Source of the DNA: the human T2T-CHM13v2.0 reference genome, Homo sapiens
Reading direction: 5' to 3' (one strand)
Assembly: GCF_009914755.1 (NCBI RefSeq)
Contig: NC_060940.1
Length of the DNA: 64,000 nucleotides
Made by a program: the position numbers and the translations under genes. Positions 47,281-59,427 of the stretch are shown here, in pieces; position 1 is the first letter of the stretch; every line of letters begins with the position of its first letter. The notes under the pieces are model-generated. The model was given only the letters and a program-made list of their open reading frames with translations. It was not told the origin of the DNA and searched no databases.

Positions 47281-47589
47281 ATGGCGGGTGCCCCTCCCCC
47301 AGCCTCGCTGCCGCCTTGCAGTTTGATCTCAGACTGCTGTGCTAGCAATCAGCGAGACTCCGTGGGCGTAGGACCCTCCAAGCCACGTGCAGGATATAAT
47401 GTCCTGGTGCACCGTTTTTTAAGCCCGTCGGAAAAGTGCAGTATTCGGGTGGGAGTGACCCGATTTTCCAGGTGCCATCTGTCACCACTTTCTTTGACTA
47501 GGAAAGGGAACTCCCTGACCCCTTGCACTTCCCAAGCGAGGCAATGCCTCGCCCTGCTTCGGCTCGTGCACGGTGCGCTCACCCACTGA
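47281..47589 (+). CDS. L1 antisense ORF0, open, 102 aa
   Basis: MAGAPPPASLPPCSLISDCCASNQRDSVGVGPS matches ORF0; context GCAATGG; expression unknown. Confidence 0.6.
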   Translation: MAGAPPPASLPPCSLISDCCASNQRDSVGVGPSKPRAGYNVLVHRFLSPSEKCSIRVGVTRFSRCHLSPLSLTRKGNSLTPCTSQARQCLALLRLVHGALTH

Positions 47590-50500
47590 CCTGCGCCCAC
47601 TGTCTGGCACTCCCTAGTGAGATGAACCCGGTACTTCAGACGGAAATGCAGAAATCACCCGTCTTCTGTGTCGCTCACACTGGGAGCTGTAGACCGGAGC
47701 TGTTCCTCTTCGGCCGTCTTGGCTCCTCCCCAGAATAACCCTCTTAAAGAAGTTTCAGGACCTCCAAGAAAATATAAATTGAAAATTAAATAAAAATTGA
47801 AAAACAATTCATGAACAAAATGAGAAGTTTGATGAAGAAATAGAAACAGAAAACTCCTAACCATATAAACATCCTAGACATAAAGAATACAATAAATGAA
47901 CTGAAAAACTCAATAGAAAGCATCAACTGCAGACTTGATTGGGCAGAAGAATCAGTTAGCTCTAAAATAAGACACTTAAAATTAGCCAATCAGAGGAGCA
48001 AAAAGAGAAAAAAAATAAAACAAAGGCTTGTAGTAATTATGGGACACCATCAAGTGGACTCACCTTTATGTAATAGAAATTCCTGAAGGAGAATAGAGAG
48101 AAAAAGCCCTAGAAAGCAGATTTAAGGAAATGCATATGCATGTATAAGGAAAACATATTTAAGCACATCTAAGAAAAACGTTTCAAATCTGGGGAAAGAT
48201 GACAACATTCAGGTACAAGAAGCTCATAGGTCATCAGTGAAATTCAACCCAAAGAGGAGTTCAACAAGACACATTTTTGATAATCAAATTGTCAAAAATC
48301 AAAGACAAAAAAAGAATACTGAAGCAGTGAGATATAAGAAACATGTCAAATTCAAGGGACCCCCCATTTGGCTTTCAGTAAACTCTTCAGCAGCAACTGC
48401 AGGCCAGGAGAGAGTGGGATGATAGATTCAAAGTACTGAAGGAAAAAAAAACAAAAAACCTGCTAACCAAGAATGCTTTACCTGGCAAAGCTGTCCTTCA
48501 GAAATGAGGGAGAAATGAAAGCTTTCTCAGACAAACAAAAACAAAGGAAACATGTAAAAGTGAAAAAATAAATGGTATAAGTAATATATAGTCCCACTCA
48601 GAATTCTCTAATACTGTTAAGGTGGTGTGTGAAGCAATCTTATTACTACTAGGAGGGTTAAGAGACAAAACTATTAAAAACAACTGCAGCTACAGTATAT
48701 TGTTAAAGGACACAAATTTTAAGTTTACATCAAAATCAGAAAACATGGGAAGGAAGGAATGAAAGTGCAGAGTTTTTGTATGTGATTAAAGGCAAATTGT
48801 TATCAGTTTAAAGCCTGTTTTAAGGATAAAATATTTTATGTAAGCCTCATGGTAACCACAAAGCAAAAACCTATAGAAGTTAAAGAAAACATGAAAAGGA
48901 AGGATTCAAAACATACCACCACAGAAAACCATCAAACCACAAAGGAAGACAAAAAAAGAGAAAAAGAAGCAAAGGGCCTACAAAATGATCAGAAACCAAA
49001 TTATAAAATGGCAATAATAAATCTTTACCTATCAGTAATTACCTTGGATGCAAATGGATTAAATTATCCAATAAAAAGACAAAGTAGCTGAATGGATAAA
49101 AAAAAAAACAAAATCCAGTTCATATGCTACCTACAAGAGATTCATTTTACTAGTGAGGAGACACAGACTGAAAGTGAAGGGATGGCAAAAGATGTTCCAT
49201 GCAAATGGAAACCAAAAGAGAGTGGGTTTAGCTGTACTTATATTTCACAAAATGGACTTTAAGTAAAAAACTCTAAAAAGAGACAAAGAAGGTCATTACA
49301 TAATGATAAAGGGGTTAATTTACCAATTTATAATTGTTATTGTTACAGTTGTTACAATTGTAAATGTATATGAACCTGATATTGAAGCATCTAAATACAT
49401 AAAGTAATTATTAAGTGATCTGAAGGGAGAGGTAGACTGCAATACTATAGTAGTAGGGATTACAGTACCCCACTTTCACCAATGGACAGATCATCTAGAC
49501 ATAAAGTCAATAAGGAAACATTGAACTTGAATTACACTTCAGACCAAATGGACCTGAAAGACATACACAGAACATTCTATCCAACAGCAGCAGAATACAC
49601 ATTCTTCTTAAGCGTACACAGAACATCCTCCAGGATAGATCATATTTTAGGCCACAAAACAAATCTTAACAAATTTAAGAGGACTGAAATCATATCAAGC
49701 ATATTTTCAAATCACAATAACATAAAACTGGAAATCAATAACAGGAGAAATCTTGGAATATACACACATGTGGAAATTAAATAACATACTTCTACAGAAT
49801 CAATGGATCACAGAAGATATCAAAAATGAAATAAAAAATACTTGAGATAAACAAAAATGAAAATACAGTACACCAAAACTTATGGGATGCAACAAAAGTA
49901 GTCCTAAGAGGGAAACTGATAGCAATAAATGCCCTTATAAAAAATAAGATCTCAAATAAACATGTGAAATACAGCTTCTAAGAGAGAACACTGGAATTCA
50001 GCAGGGAAGTGACAGGGAATATCTTAGGCAGGGAACAAAATGGAGGCAAAGCAGCTGACCCTGCCAGGATTGGCTCAGAGCCAGGAGGTACTCTCCATTG
50101 TTGGGGAAAAGGTAAGTGAGAGATCCCAGCAGTCTATATTGCCATTGCAAACTCCTGCAATCCTAGCCATGAGAGAGCCCCTTGGCCCTTGCAGGCCCTG
50201 AGACTAGTACAGGGAGCTCCCTGGAGTCCATGAACCGATATTGTTCCATAGAGCAAGTTAGTGCTGGGTCCCACACACACCCCAAGACCCAAGCAGTTGC
50301 AGCAAAGTGCCATTTTGACATTCTAGTCCCCAAGAGACTACATCCTGCATTTTACAGCCCCATTCATCTCCACATCCCTGGAGTCCCATTGAGACCCCCT
50401 CATGTCCACACAGAAGTTTGCAGCATCTTGATGCCACCTGAACCCAGTGATGCAGCCTGATACCTAGCAATTTAGCCCATATGTTCTCCCATACCCTGGA

Positions 50501-50599
50501 GAATAAGCGGTGCAGTGCAGCAGTGAGGCTGCCCCCGAGACAAAAGAAGTCAAGCCATGTGCTCTCCAGAGCCTGAGGGCTATTGCCATAGACAGGAAT

Positions 50600-51600
50600 C
50601 CCGCTCCTTCCGGTGGCAGAGCCAATGTATACCTGCACTCAACTTCAAGGGGCATGGGAACCAGCCTGTCTCACCCACTGCCACCCCTGCAAGCATCCAC
50701 GCATGTCATCTGGGTACCTGAGGAATGACACATCCTGCCCGCAGCCACCGACAACTGCCTGCACCATTGAGGGGCCTGAGAACCGGCCTACTCTGCCTGG
50801 CTCCCTCATTACCAGTGCTTGTGCATGTCATCTGGGGCCTGAGGACAGGCTTGCTCCACTCAGTGCCACCACTGCTGACATCTGTACATGTTGTTTGGGG
50901 GGCTGGAGATGTATCTGCCTTGCCTGTTGCTGCTGGAGCCCACCTGCACCATCCAGGAGCCAGAGGACAGGTTCACTCTGACCATGGCCACCAATGTCAG
51001 CACCTGCATGTGACGTCCAGGGGTCTGGGATCAACCCACCCTGCCCATCACCACCAGTGCCCATGTACATCTTCAGAGATCTGGGGACAGGCCTGTTCTA
51101 CTGCTGCTACTAGTGCCCATTTGTAACATCCAGGGGCATAAAAGTGGGTCTGCCTGGCCCACTGCCAGTGCCCACATGTGCCTCCTGAAGTCCTGAGGAC
51201 CAACCCATGCAATCTACCGCCACTGCTGCGGGCATCTACCTGTGTGAGCCAGCCATGGGCCTGAGTATTGCTCTGCCCAGCCCTCCACAAACACCACTGA
51301 TGCCTGCATATGCTGCTCAGGGGCCTGAGGGTTGGCCTGTTGCTGCTACTGCCACTGTCACCAGCAATCCTGAGCACACTACGGTAAGCACACCACCCAA
51401 GGGCCCAAGGACCTGCCCATCTGGCTTGCTGCTGACACCACTGGCACCTATGCACACCTCCTGGAGGCCCAAGGACTGGCCCACCCAGAACTACCACTGG
51501 TGCCCACTTATGCCATCTGGGAGCCTGTGGACCAGCATGCCTGGCCTCCTGCTGCCACCACTGGTTCCTGAGGACTAGCCCACCTGGCATTCCTGTCCCC
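50600..51600 (+). repeat. Degenerate GC-rich tandem repeat (roughly 60-bp unit) in L1M 5'UTR
   Basis: Recurring GGG(G)CCTGAGGAC / GGCCCAAGGAC followed by CCACTGCC. Confidence 0.65.
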
Positions 51601-52185
51601 AGCAAAACCTCACCAAAGTCTTTACTAACAACCACAACCCAAGCCACTGAGGAACTCACAGATATCATTGATGCTGATAACAGCCAAAAAAATCATATGG
51701 AGATTATACTACTGCACCCACCCGGAGGCAAAGCCAAAACACTCTCCCCAGCCAACACTATAGACATATCTACAGAAAAAATATTTTTCTATAAAAGCTA
51801 ATCCATACAAATTGGAAGAGCAATTGTAATACTAGATGTGCAGCTATCAAAGTAAATACACAGGAAATATGAAAAAGCAAGGAAACATGACACCTCCAAA
51901 GGAACACGATTTTCCAATAACAGAGTCTAAAGAAAAATAATTCTATGAAATGCATGAAAAATAATTCAAAATAATGTTATTGAAGAAACTTAGTGAGATA
52001 CAAGTGAATAAGATAAGCAATACAAAGAATAAAGCAATTCATGATTTGAATGAGAAATTCAACAAAGAGATAGATATCATAAAAGAGAACCAAACAGAAA
52101 TCCTGGAACTGAATAATTCAGTGAATTAAATAAAAAATAAAATTGCCTTTCAGCAATAGACTAGATCAAACAGAAGAAAAAATTT

Positions 52186-52443
52186 ATTCCTTTACACCTA
52201 GGCTACAGTGAAGTGGCATGATCATAGCACACTGCAGCCTCGAATTCCTGGGTTCAAGTGATCCTCCTGCCTCAGCCTCTCAAGTAGTGGGTACTACAGG
52301 CTGGCTAATTTCTTTTTATTGTTTGTGGAGATGGGATTTTGCTTTGTTGTCCAGGATCTTCTCAAGCTCCTGGCTTCAAGCAATTCTACCATCTTGGCCT
52401 TTCAAAGTGCTGGGATTATAGGCATGAGCCACTGTACCCAGCC
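52186..52443 (-). mobile_element. AluJ lacking its 3' end and tail
   Basis: GATCATAGCACACTGCAGCCTCG; TSD AGAAAAAATTT at 52175-52185 and 52444-52454. Confidence 0.9.
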
Positions 52444-55400
52444 AGAAAAAATTTCTGAACTTGAAGACAGGTCTTTTGAAATAACTTGGTCATCCAAAGA
52501 TAAAAAAGAATGAAGAAAGCCTATGTGACATATGAAACACCAGAAAGTAACCAAATATTTGAATCTGGGGGTTTTCAGAAGAGAAGAGATGGGCAAAGGC
52601 ATAGAAAACGTATTTAATGAAATAATAGTTGAAAAATTCTCAAGTCTTGAAAGAAATATAGGCATGCAGATACAGGAAGCTTAAGTATTTCCACATAGAT
52701 GCAATCCAAAAAGATCTCCTCTCAGGCATATTGTAGTAAAAACTCAAAAGTTAAGCTGTCAAAAGTCAAACTAACAAACAAAAAAGGAATTCTAAAAACA
52801 GGAAGAAAACTGTCCAGTCACATATAAGGGTATCCTCATCAAGATAATAGTGGATTTCTTGGCAGAAACCTTACAGGCCAGGGGAGAATTGGATAATATA
52901 TTCAAAGTGCTGAAAGAAAAAAAATGTCTGGCAAGAATACTAACAAGCAAAGCCCTTTTTAAAAAGCAAAGGAGAAATAAAGTTTTTCTCAGATAAGCAA
53001 AAACTAAGGGAATTCATCACCACTAGACTGACCTTATCAGAAATGCTTAAGAGAGTCCTATATCTGGAATTGCATGATATTCACCATCATAAAACACAAA
53101 CATATAAAACTCACTGGTAGAGCAGAGACACAAATGAGAAAGAGAAAGGAGTCAAATGTTATCACTGTGAAACCCACCAAATCATAAAGGAGAAAGAAAG
53201 AAATGAAGCATATATAAAATAATCAGAAAGCAATTAACAAAATAACAGGAGTAAATCATCACGTATCAGTAATAACTAAATATAAATGGTTTAAATTCCC
53301 TAATTAAAAGATGAATTAAGAAACAAGACCCAACTATATGCTGCCCACCAGAAACCCACCTCACCTGTAAAGACACACATAGGCTGAAAGTAAAGGAATG
53401 AAAAAAAAAATGCCACGCAAATGGAACCAAAAGCATGCAGGAGTAGGTATACTTATGTCAGACAACATAGCCTTTAAGTCAAAAACCAAAAAGAGACAAA
53501 GAAGGTAATTATGTAACAATAAAGAGATCAATTCAGCAAGAGGATATTACAATTTGTAAATATATATACAACTAACAACAGAGCACCCAGATATATAAAG
53601 CAAATATTATTCAAGATAAAGAGAGAAATAGACCCAAAACAATAATAGTTGGGAACTTCAGCACTCCACTTTCAACACTGGACATTGAACTTAATCTGCA
53701 CTATAGACCAAAGGGACATAACAGACATTTACAGAATATTTTATCTAACAGCTGCAGAAAACACATTATTCTCATCAGCACATGAAATACTCTCCAGGAT
53801 GGACTATATGTTAGGCCACAAAACAAGTTGAACAAATTAAAAAAAATCAAAATCATACCCAATATCTTCTCAGACCACAGTAGAAAAAAACCTAGAAATC
53901 AATAACAAGAGAACTTTGGACACTTACAAATACACGGAAATTAAGCAACCTGATCCTGAATGACCATTGGATCAATGAAAGAATTAAGAGGGAAAATTCT
54001 TGAGACAAATGAAATGGAAACAACATATCAAAACCTAGTGGGTACAGCAAAAGCAGTGCTAAGAGGCAAGTTTATAGTAATAAATGCCTACATCAGAAAA
54101 GTAGAAAAATTTCAAATAAACAACCTAATGATGAACATCAAGGAACTCGAAAAGTAAGAACAAACCAAACCCAAAATTAGTAGAAGGAACAAACTAATAA
54201 AGATCAGAGCAGAACTAAATGAAATAGAAAAAAAATTTACAAAGGATCATCAAAATGCAAAGTTGTTTTTTGAAAGTATAAACAAAATTCATAAAGTGTT
54301 AGACTAAACAAGAAAAAAGAGATGACACAAAATCAGAAATGAGACATTACAACTGATACCACAGAAATACCCACAATCAGTAGAGACTAGTATAAACAAC
54401 TATATGATAACAAATTGGAAAACCTAGAGTAAATGGACAAATTCCTAGACATGTACAGCCTGAATAGACTAATAATGAACAACAAGATTGAATCATAATA
54501 AAAAGTCTCCCCACAAAGAAAAACCCACAACCAGATGGCTTTACTGCTGAATTCTACCAAACTTATAAAGAAAACATAACACCAATTCTCAAACTATTTC
54601 AAAAAATTGAAAAATAGAGAATTCTTTCTATATCATTATATAAGGTCAGCATTACCCTGATACCAAAATCAGACAATGACAAAAGAAATAAGGAAATTTA
54701 CAGGCCAGTATTCCTGATGAACATCGATGTAAAAGCCTTAACAAAATATAAGCAATCCAAATCCAACAACACATCAAAAAGATAATACATGATGATCATG
54801 TGGGATCAAGAGAAAGAAATAAAAGGCATCCAAATTGGAAAAGAGAAAGTCAATTGTCCCTCTTTGCAGATAACATAATTTTATGTATGGAAAATCCTTA
54901 AGACTCCAACAAAGAACTCTTAGAACTGATAAATGAATTCAGTAAAGTTGCAGGATACAAAATTAATATAAAAATCAGTAGTATTTCTACATATGAACAA
55001 CAAAATAGCTGAAGAAGAAATCAAGAAGGCAATCTCATTTACAATAACTATGAAAAAAGAAAAACATCTAGGAAAAAATTTAACGAAAGAAAAGAGATGA
55101 AAGACCTGTGAAACATTACTGAAAGAAATTGAAGAAGACAAATGAAAATGCATCCTATGCTCATGTATTAAAATAATATTGTCAAAATGACTATACTATC
55201 CGAAGCAATCTACATAATCAATGCAATCCATATCAGAATACCAATGACATTCTTCACAGAAATAGAAAAAAAAATTCTTGTGGAACCACAAAAGAGCCTG
55301 AATAGCCAAAGCAATCCTGAGCAAAAACAAACAAACAGAAACAAAAACAAAACGAAGCTGGAGGCATCACACTCTCTGACTTCAAAACATATTCTAAAGT

Positions 55401-57139
55401 GATTGTCATCAACACAGTATGTCACTGGTGTAAAAGCAGACACATCAACCAATGGACCAAGATGGAAAACCCAGAAATAAAGCAATGAATTTACAGTCAA
55501 TTGATTTCTGACAAAGGTGCCAAGGACACACAGTGAAGAAAGGACAGACTCTTTAATTAAAGGTATTGGAAAATCTAAATATCCACATGCAAAAGAGTGA
55601 AATTAGATTCTTATCTTACACCATGTAAAAACATGAACTCAAAATGGATTGAAAAGACTTCCTTCACTTAGGAAGCTTAGTTTGACTGGATATGAAATTC
55701 TGGGCTGAAAATCCTTTTCTTTAAGAATGTTGAATATTGGCCCCCACTCTCTTCTGGCTTGTAGAGTTTCTGCGGAGAGATCCACTGTTAGTCTGTTGGG
55801 CTTCCTTTTGTGGGTAGCCCGACCTTTCTCTCTGTCTGCCCTTAACATTTTTTCCTTCATTTCAACCTTGGTGAATCTGACAATTATGTGTCTTGGAGTT
55901 GCTCTTCCTGAGGAGTATCTTTGTGGTGTTCTCTGTATTTTCTGAATCTGAATGTTGGCCTGCCTTGCTAGATTGGGGAAGTTCTCCTGGAAAATATCCA
56001 GAAGAGTGTTTTCCAACTTGGTTCCATTTTCCCCGTCACTTTCAGGTACACCAATCAGATGTAGATTTGGTCTTTTCACATAGTCCCATATTGGAGGCTT
56101 TGTGAGTTTCTTTTAACTCTTTTTTCTCTAAACTTCTCTTCTCACTTCATTTCATTCATTTGATCTTCAATCACTGATACCCTTTCTTCACATGATTGTA
56201 TTGGCTACTGAAGCTTGTGCATGCGTCACGTAGTTCTCATGCCGTGTTTTTCAGCTGCATCAGGTCATTTAAGGTCTTCTCTATGCTGTTTATTTTAGTT
56301 AGCCATTCATCTAATCTTTTCTCAAGGTTTTTAGCTTCTTTGCAATGGGTTCGAACATCCTCCTTTAGCTTGGAGAAATTTGTTATTACTGATCTTTTGA
56401 AGCCTACTTCTGTCAACTCGTCAAAGTCATTCTCTGTCCAGCTTTATTCCATTGCTGGCAAGGAGCTGTGTTCCTTTGGAGGAGAAGAGATGCTCTGATT
56501 TTTAGAATTTTCAGCTTTTCTGCTCTGGTTTCTCCCCATCTTTGTGGTGTTATTTACCTTTGGTCTTTGATGATGGTGACCTACAGATGGGGTTTTGGTG
56601 TGGATGTCCTTTTTGTTGATGCTGATGCTATTCCTTTCTGTTTGTTAGTTTTCCTTCTAACAGTCAGGACCCTCAGCTGCAGGTCTGTTGGAGTTTGCTG
56701 GAGGTCCACTCCAGATGCTCTTTGCCTGGGTATCACCAGCGGAGGCTGCAGAACAGCAAATATTGCAGAATAGCAAATGTTGCTGCCTGATCCTTCCTCT
56801 GGAAGCTTCATCTCAGAGGGGCACCCAGCTGTATGAGGTGTCAGTCGGCCCCTACTGGGAGGTGTCTCCCAGTTAGGCTACTCGAGGGTCAGGGACCCAC
56901 TTGAGGAGGCAGTCTGTCCGTTCTCAGATCTCAAACTCCGTGCTGGGAGAACCACTACTCTCTTCAAAACTGTCAGACAGGGACGTTTAAGGCTGCAGAA
57001 GTTTCTGCTGCCTTTTGTTCAGCTATGCCCTGCCCCCAGAGGTGGAGTCTACAGAGGCAGGCAGGCCTCACTGAGCTGCGGTGGGCTCCACCCAGTTCGA
57101 GCTTCCCAGCTGCTTTGTTTACCTAGTCAAGCCTCAGCA

Positions 57140-57322
57140 ATGGCAGACGCCCCTCCCCCAGCCTCGCTGCCACCTTGCAGTTTGATCTCAGACTGCTGTG
57201 CTAGCAGTGAGCAAGGCTCCGTGGGCATGGGACCCTCTGAGCCAGGCGTGGGATATCATCTCCTGGTGTGCCGTTTGCTAAGACTGTTGGAAAAGTGCAG
57301 TATTAGGGTGGAAGTGTCCTGA
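57140..57322 (+). pseudogene. L1 ORF0 homologue, 60 aa (early stop)
   Basis: MADAPPPASLPPCSLISDCCAS. Confidence 0.55.
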
Positions 57323-57544
57323 TTTTCCAGGTACCATCTCTCACGGCTTCCCTTAGCTCAGAAAGGGAATTCCCCGACCCCTTGCACTTCCCAGGTGAGA
57401 TGATGCCCCGCCCTGCTTTGGCTCACACTCCGTGGGCTGTCCAGCAAGTCCCAGTGAGATGAACCTGGTACCTCAGTTGGAAATGCAGAAATCACCTGTC
57501 TTCTGCGTTGCTCACGCTGGGAACTGTAGACTGGAGCTGTTCTT

Positions 57545-58539
57545 TTTATTTTTTTATTTTTTAATTTTTTTAATTTTTTATTTTTATTTCATTATTATTG
57601 TACTTTAAGTTTTAGGGTACATGTGCACAATGTGCAGGTTTGTTACATATGTATACATGTGCCATGTTGGTGTGCTGCACCCATTAACTCGTCATTTAGC
57701 ATTAGATATATCTCCTAATGCTATCCCTCCTCCCTCCCCCGACCCCACAACAGTCCCCGGAGTGTGATGTTCCCCTTCCTGTGTCCATGGGTTTTCATTG
57801 TTCAATTCCCACCTATGAGTGAGAACATGCGATGTTAGGTTTTTTGTCCTTGCGATAGTCTGCTGAAAATGATCATTTCCAGTTTCATCCATGTCCCTAC
57901 AAAGGACATGAACTCATCATTTTTTATGGCTGCATAGTATTCCATGGTGTATATGTGCCACATTTTATTTATTTATTTATTTATTTTTATTTTTTTTTAA
58001 TTTTTTTTTTTTATTATACTCTAAGTTTTAGGGTACATGTGCACATTGTGCAGGTTAGTTACATATGTATACATGTGCCATGCTGGTGCGCTGCACCCAC
58101 TAACGTGTCATCTAGCATTAGGTATATCTCCCAATGCTATCCCTCCCCCCTCCCCCGACCCCACCACAGTCCCCAGAGTGTGATATTCCCCTTCCTGTGT
58201 CCAAGTGATCTCATTGTTCAATTCCCACCTATGAGTGAGAATATGCGGTGTTTGGTTTTTTGTTCTTGCGATAGTTTACTGAGAATAATGGTTTCCAATT
58301 TCATCCATGTCCCTACAAAGGACATGAACTCATCATTTTTTATGGCTGCATAGTATTCCATGGTGTATATGTGCCACATTTTCTTAATCCAGTCTATCAT
58401 TGTTGGACATTTGGGTTGGTTCCAAGTCTTTGCTATTGTGAATAGTGCCGCAATAAACATACGTGTGCATGTGTCTTTATAGCAGCATGATTTATAATCC
58501 TTTGGGTGTATACCCAGTAATTGGATGGCTAGGCCAAAT
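57545..58539 (-). mobile_element. 5'-truncated L1PA4-like element (57545-57966 plus about 58383-58539)
   Basis: 3'UTR CCCATTAACTCGTCATTTAGC (GAG type); TSD GCTGTTCTT at 57536-57544 and 58540-58548. Confidence 0.88.
57967..58382 (-). mobile_element. 5'-truncated L1HS pre-Ta
   Basis: Diagnostic ACG (CGT at 58104-58106) and 3' G (C at 58021, sense CTTAGAGTAT); CpGs retained; ~50-nt A-rich tail; 5' boundary blurred by homology with the host. Confidence 0.88.
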
Positions 58540-59427
58540 GCTGTTCTTATTTGGCCATCTTGGAGGGAACGGGAGAAAGACTTCAATACAAGACCTGGAT
58601 CTGTAAAGCTACTGGAAGAAAATATAAAAGGAAAAGCTCCATGACATGGGTCTGGGCAATGATTTTTTTGGATATGACTCTGAAATCACAGACTGCAAAA
58701 ACAAAAATAGATGAATGGGACCATGTTAAACTATAAAAGCTTCTGCACAGCAAAGGAAACAATCAGCAAAGTGAAGAGACAATTCAGAGAATGGAAGAAA
58801 ATATTTGCAAACCATACATCTGATAAGGGGTTAATATCTAAAATATATAAGAAACAGAACTTAATAGCAAGAAAACAGAAAGAACTGAAGAGACGTTTCT
58901 CAAAAGAGGACATACAAATGGCCAATAGGTGCATGAAAAAATGCTCAGCATCACTAATCATCAGAAAAATGCAAACTAAAACCACAATCAGATATCACCT
59001 CACACATCTTATGAAAAAGATGAAAGGCAACAACTGTTGGAGAGAATATGGAAAAAAGGGAACACTTACACACTGTTGGTGGGAATGTAAATTAGTATAG
59101 CCATTATGGAATATAGTATAGAAGTTCCTCAAATATCTAAAAATAAAACTATAATATGACTTAGTAATTCCGCTTCTGGGTATTTATGCAAAGGAACTGA
59201 AATCAGCATGTTGAAGGGATAGGTGCCCTGCAATGTTCATTGCCACATTATTCCCAAAGCCAAGATATGGAATCAACCTAAGTGTTAATCAACAAATGAA
59301 TGGGTAAAGAAAATGTGGTATATATACACAATGGAATACAATTCAGTCTTAAAAAAGAATTAAGTTCTGTTATTTGTGACAACGTGGATGAATCTAGAGT
59401 ATATTATCCTAAGTGAAGTAAGCCAGG

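Larger units (their letters stand above)
55662..58575 (-). mobile_element. L1PA5-like 5' fragment (5'UTR plus most of ORF1; no ORF2, 3'UTR or poly(A)), interrupted at 57545-58539
   Basis: ORF1 peptides and a 5'UTR retaining the ~129-bp segment; terminal TTGGCCATCTTGG at 58551-58563; flanking direct repeat AAAGACTTC at 55653-55661 and 58576-58584. Confidence 0.92.

Noticed and set aside
50600-51600. CRISPR-like repeat-spacer array
   Set aside because: Units are degenerate and contiguous with no unique spacers; eukaryotic L1 context.
50182-51668. Cluster of overlapping 80-206 aa ORFs
   Set aside because: GC-rich tandem L1M 5'UTR with few stop codons; ORFs on both strands with no recognisable domain.
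57545-58382. Simple tandem duplication or assembly error of one L1 3' end
   Set aside because: The two copies differ at subfamily-diagnostic sites (GAG vs ACG, A vs G, TAAATGAC vs TAGATGAC), so they are separate insertions.
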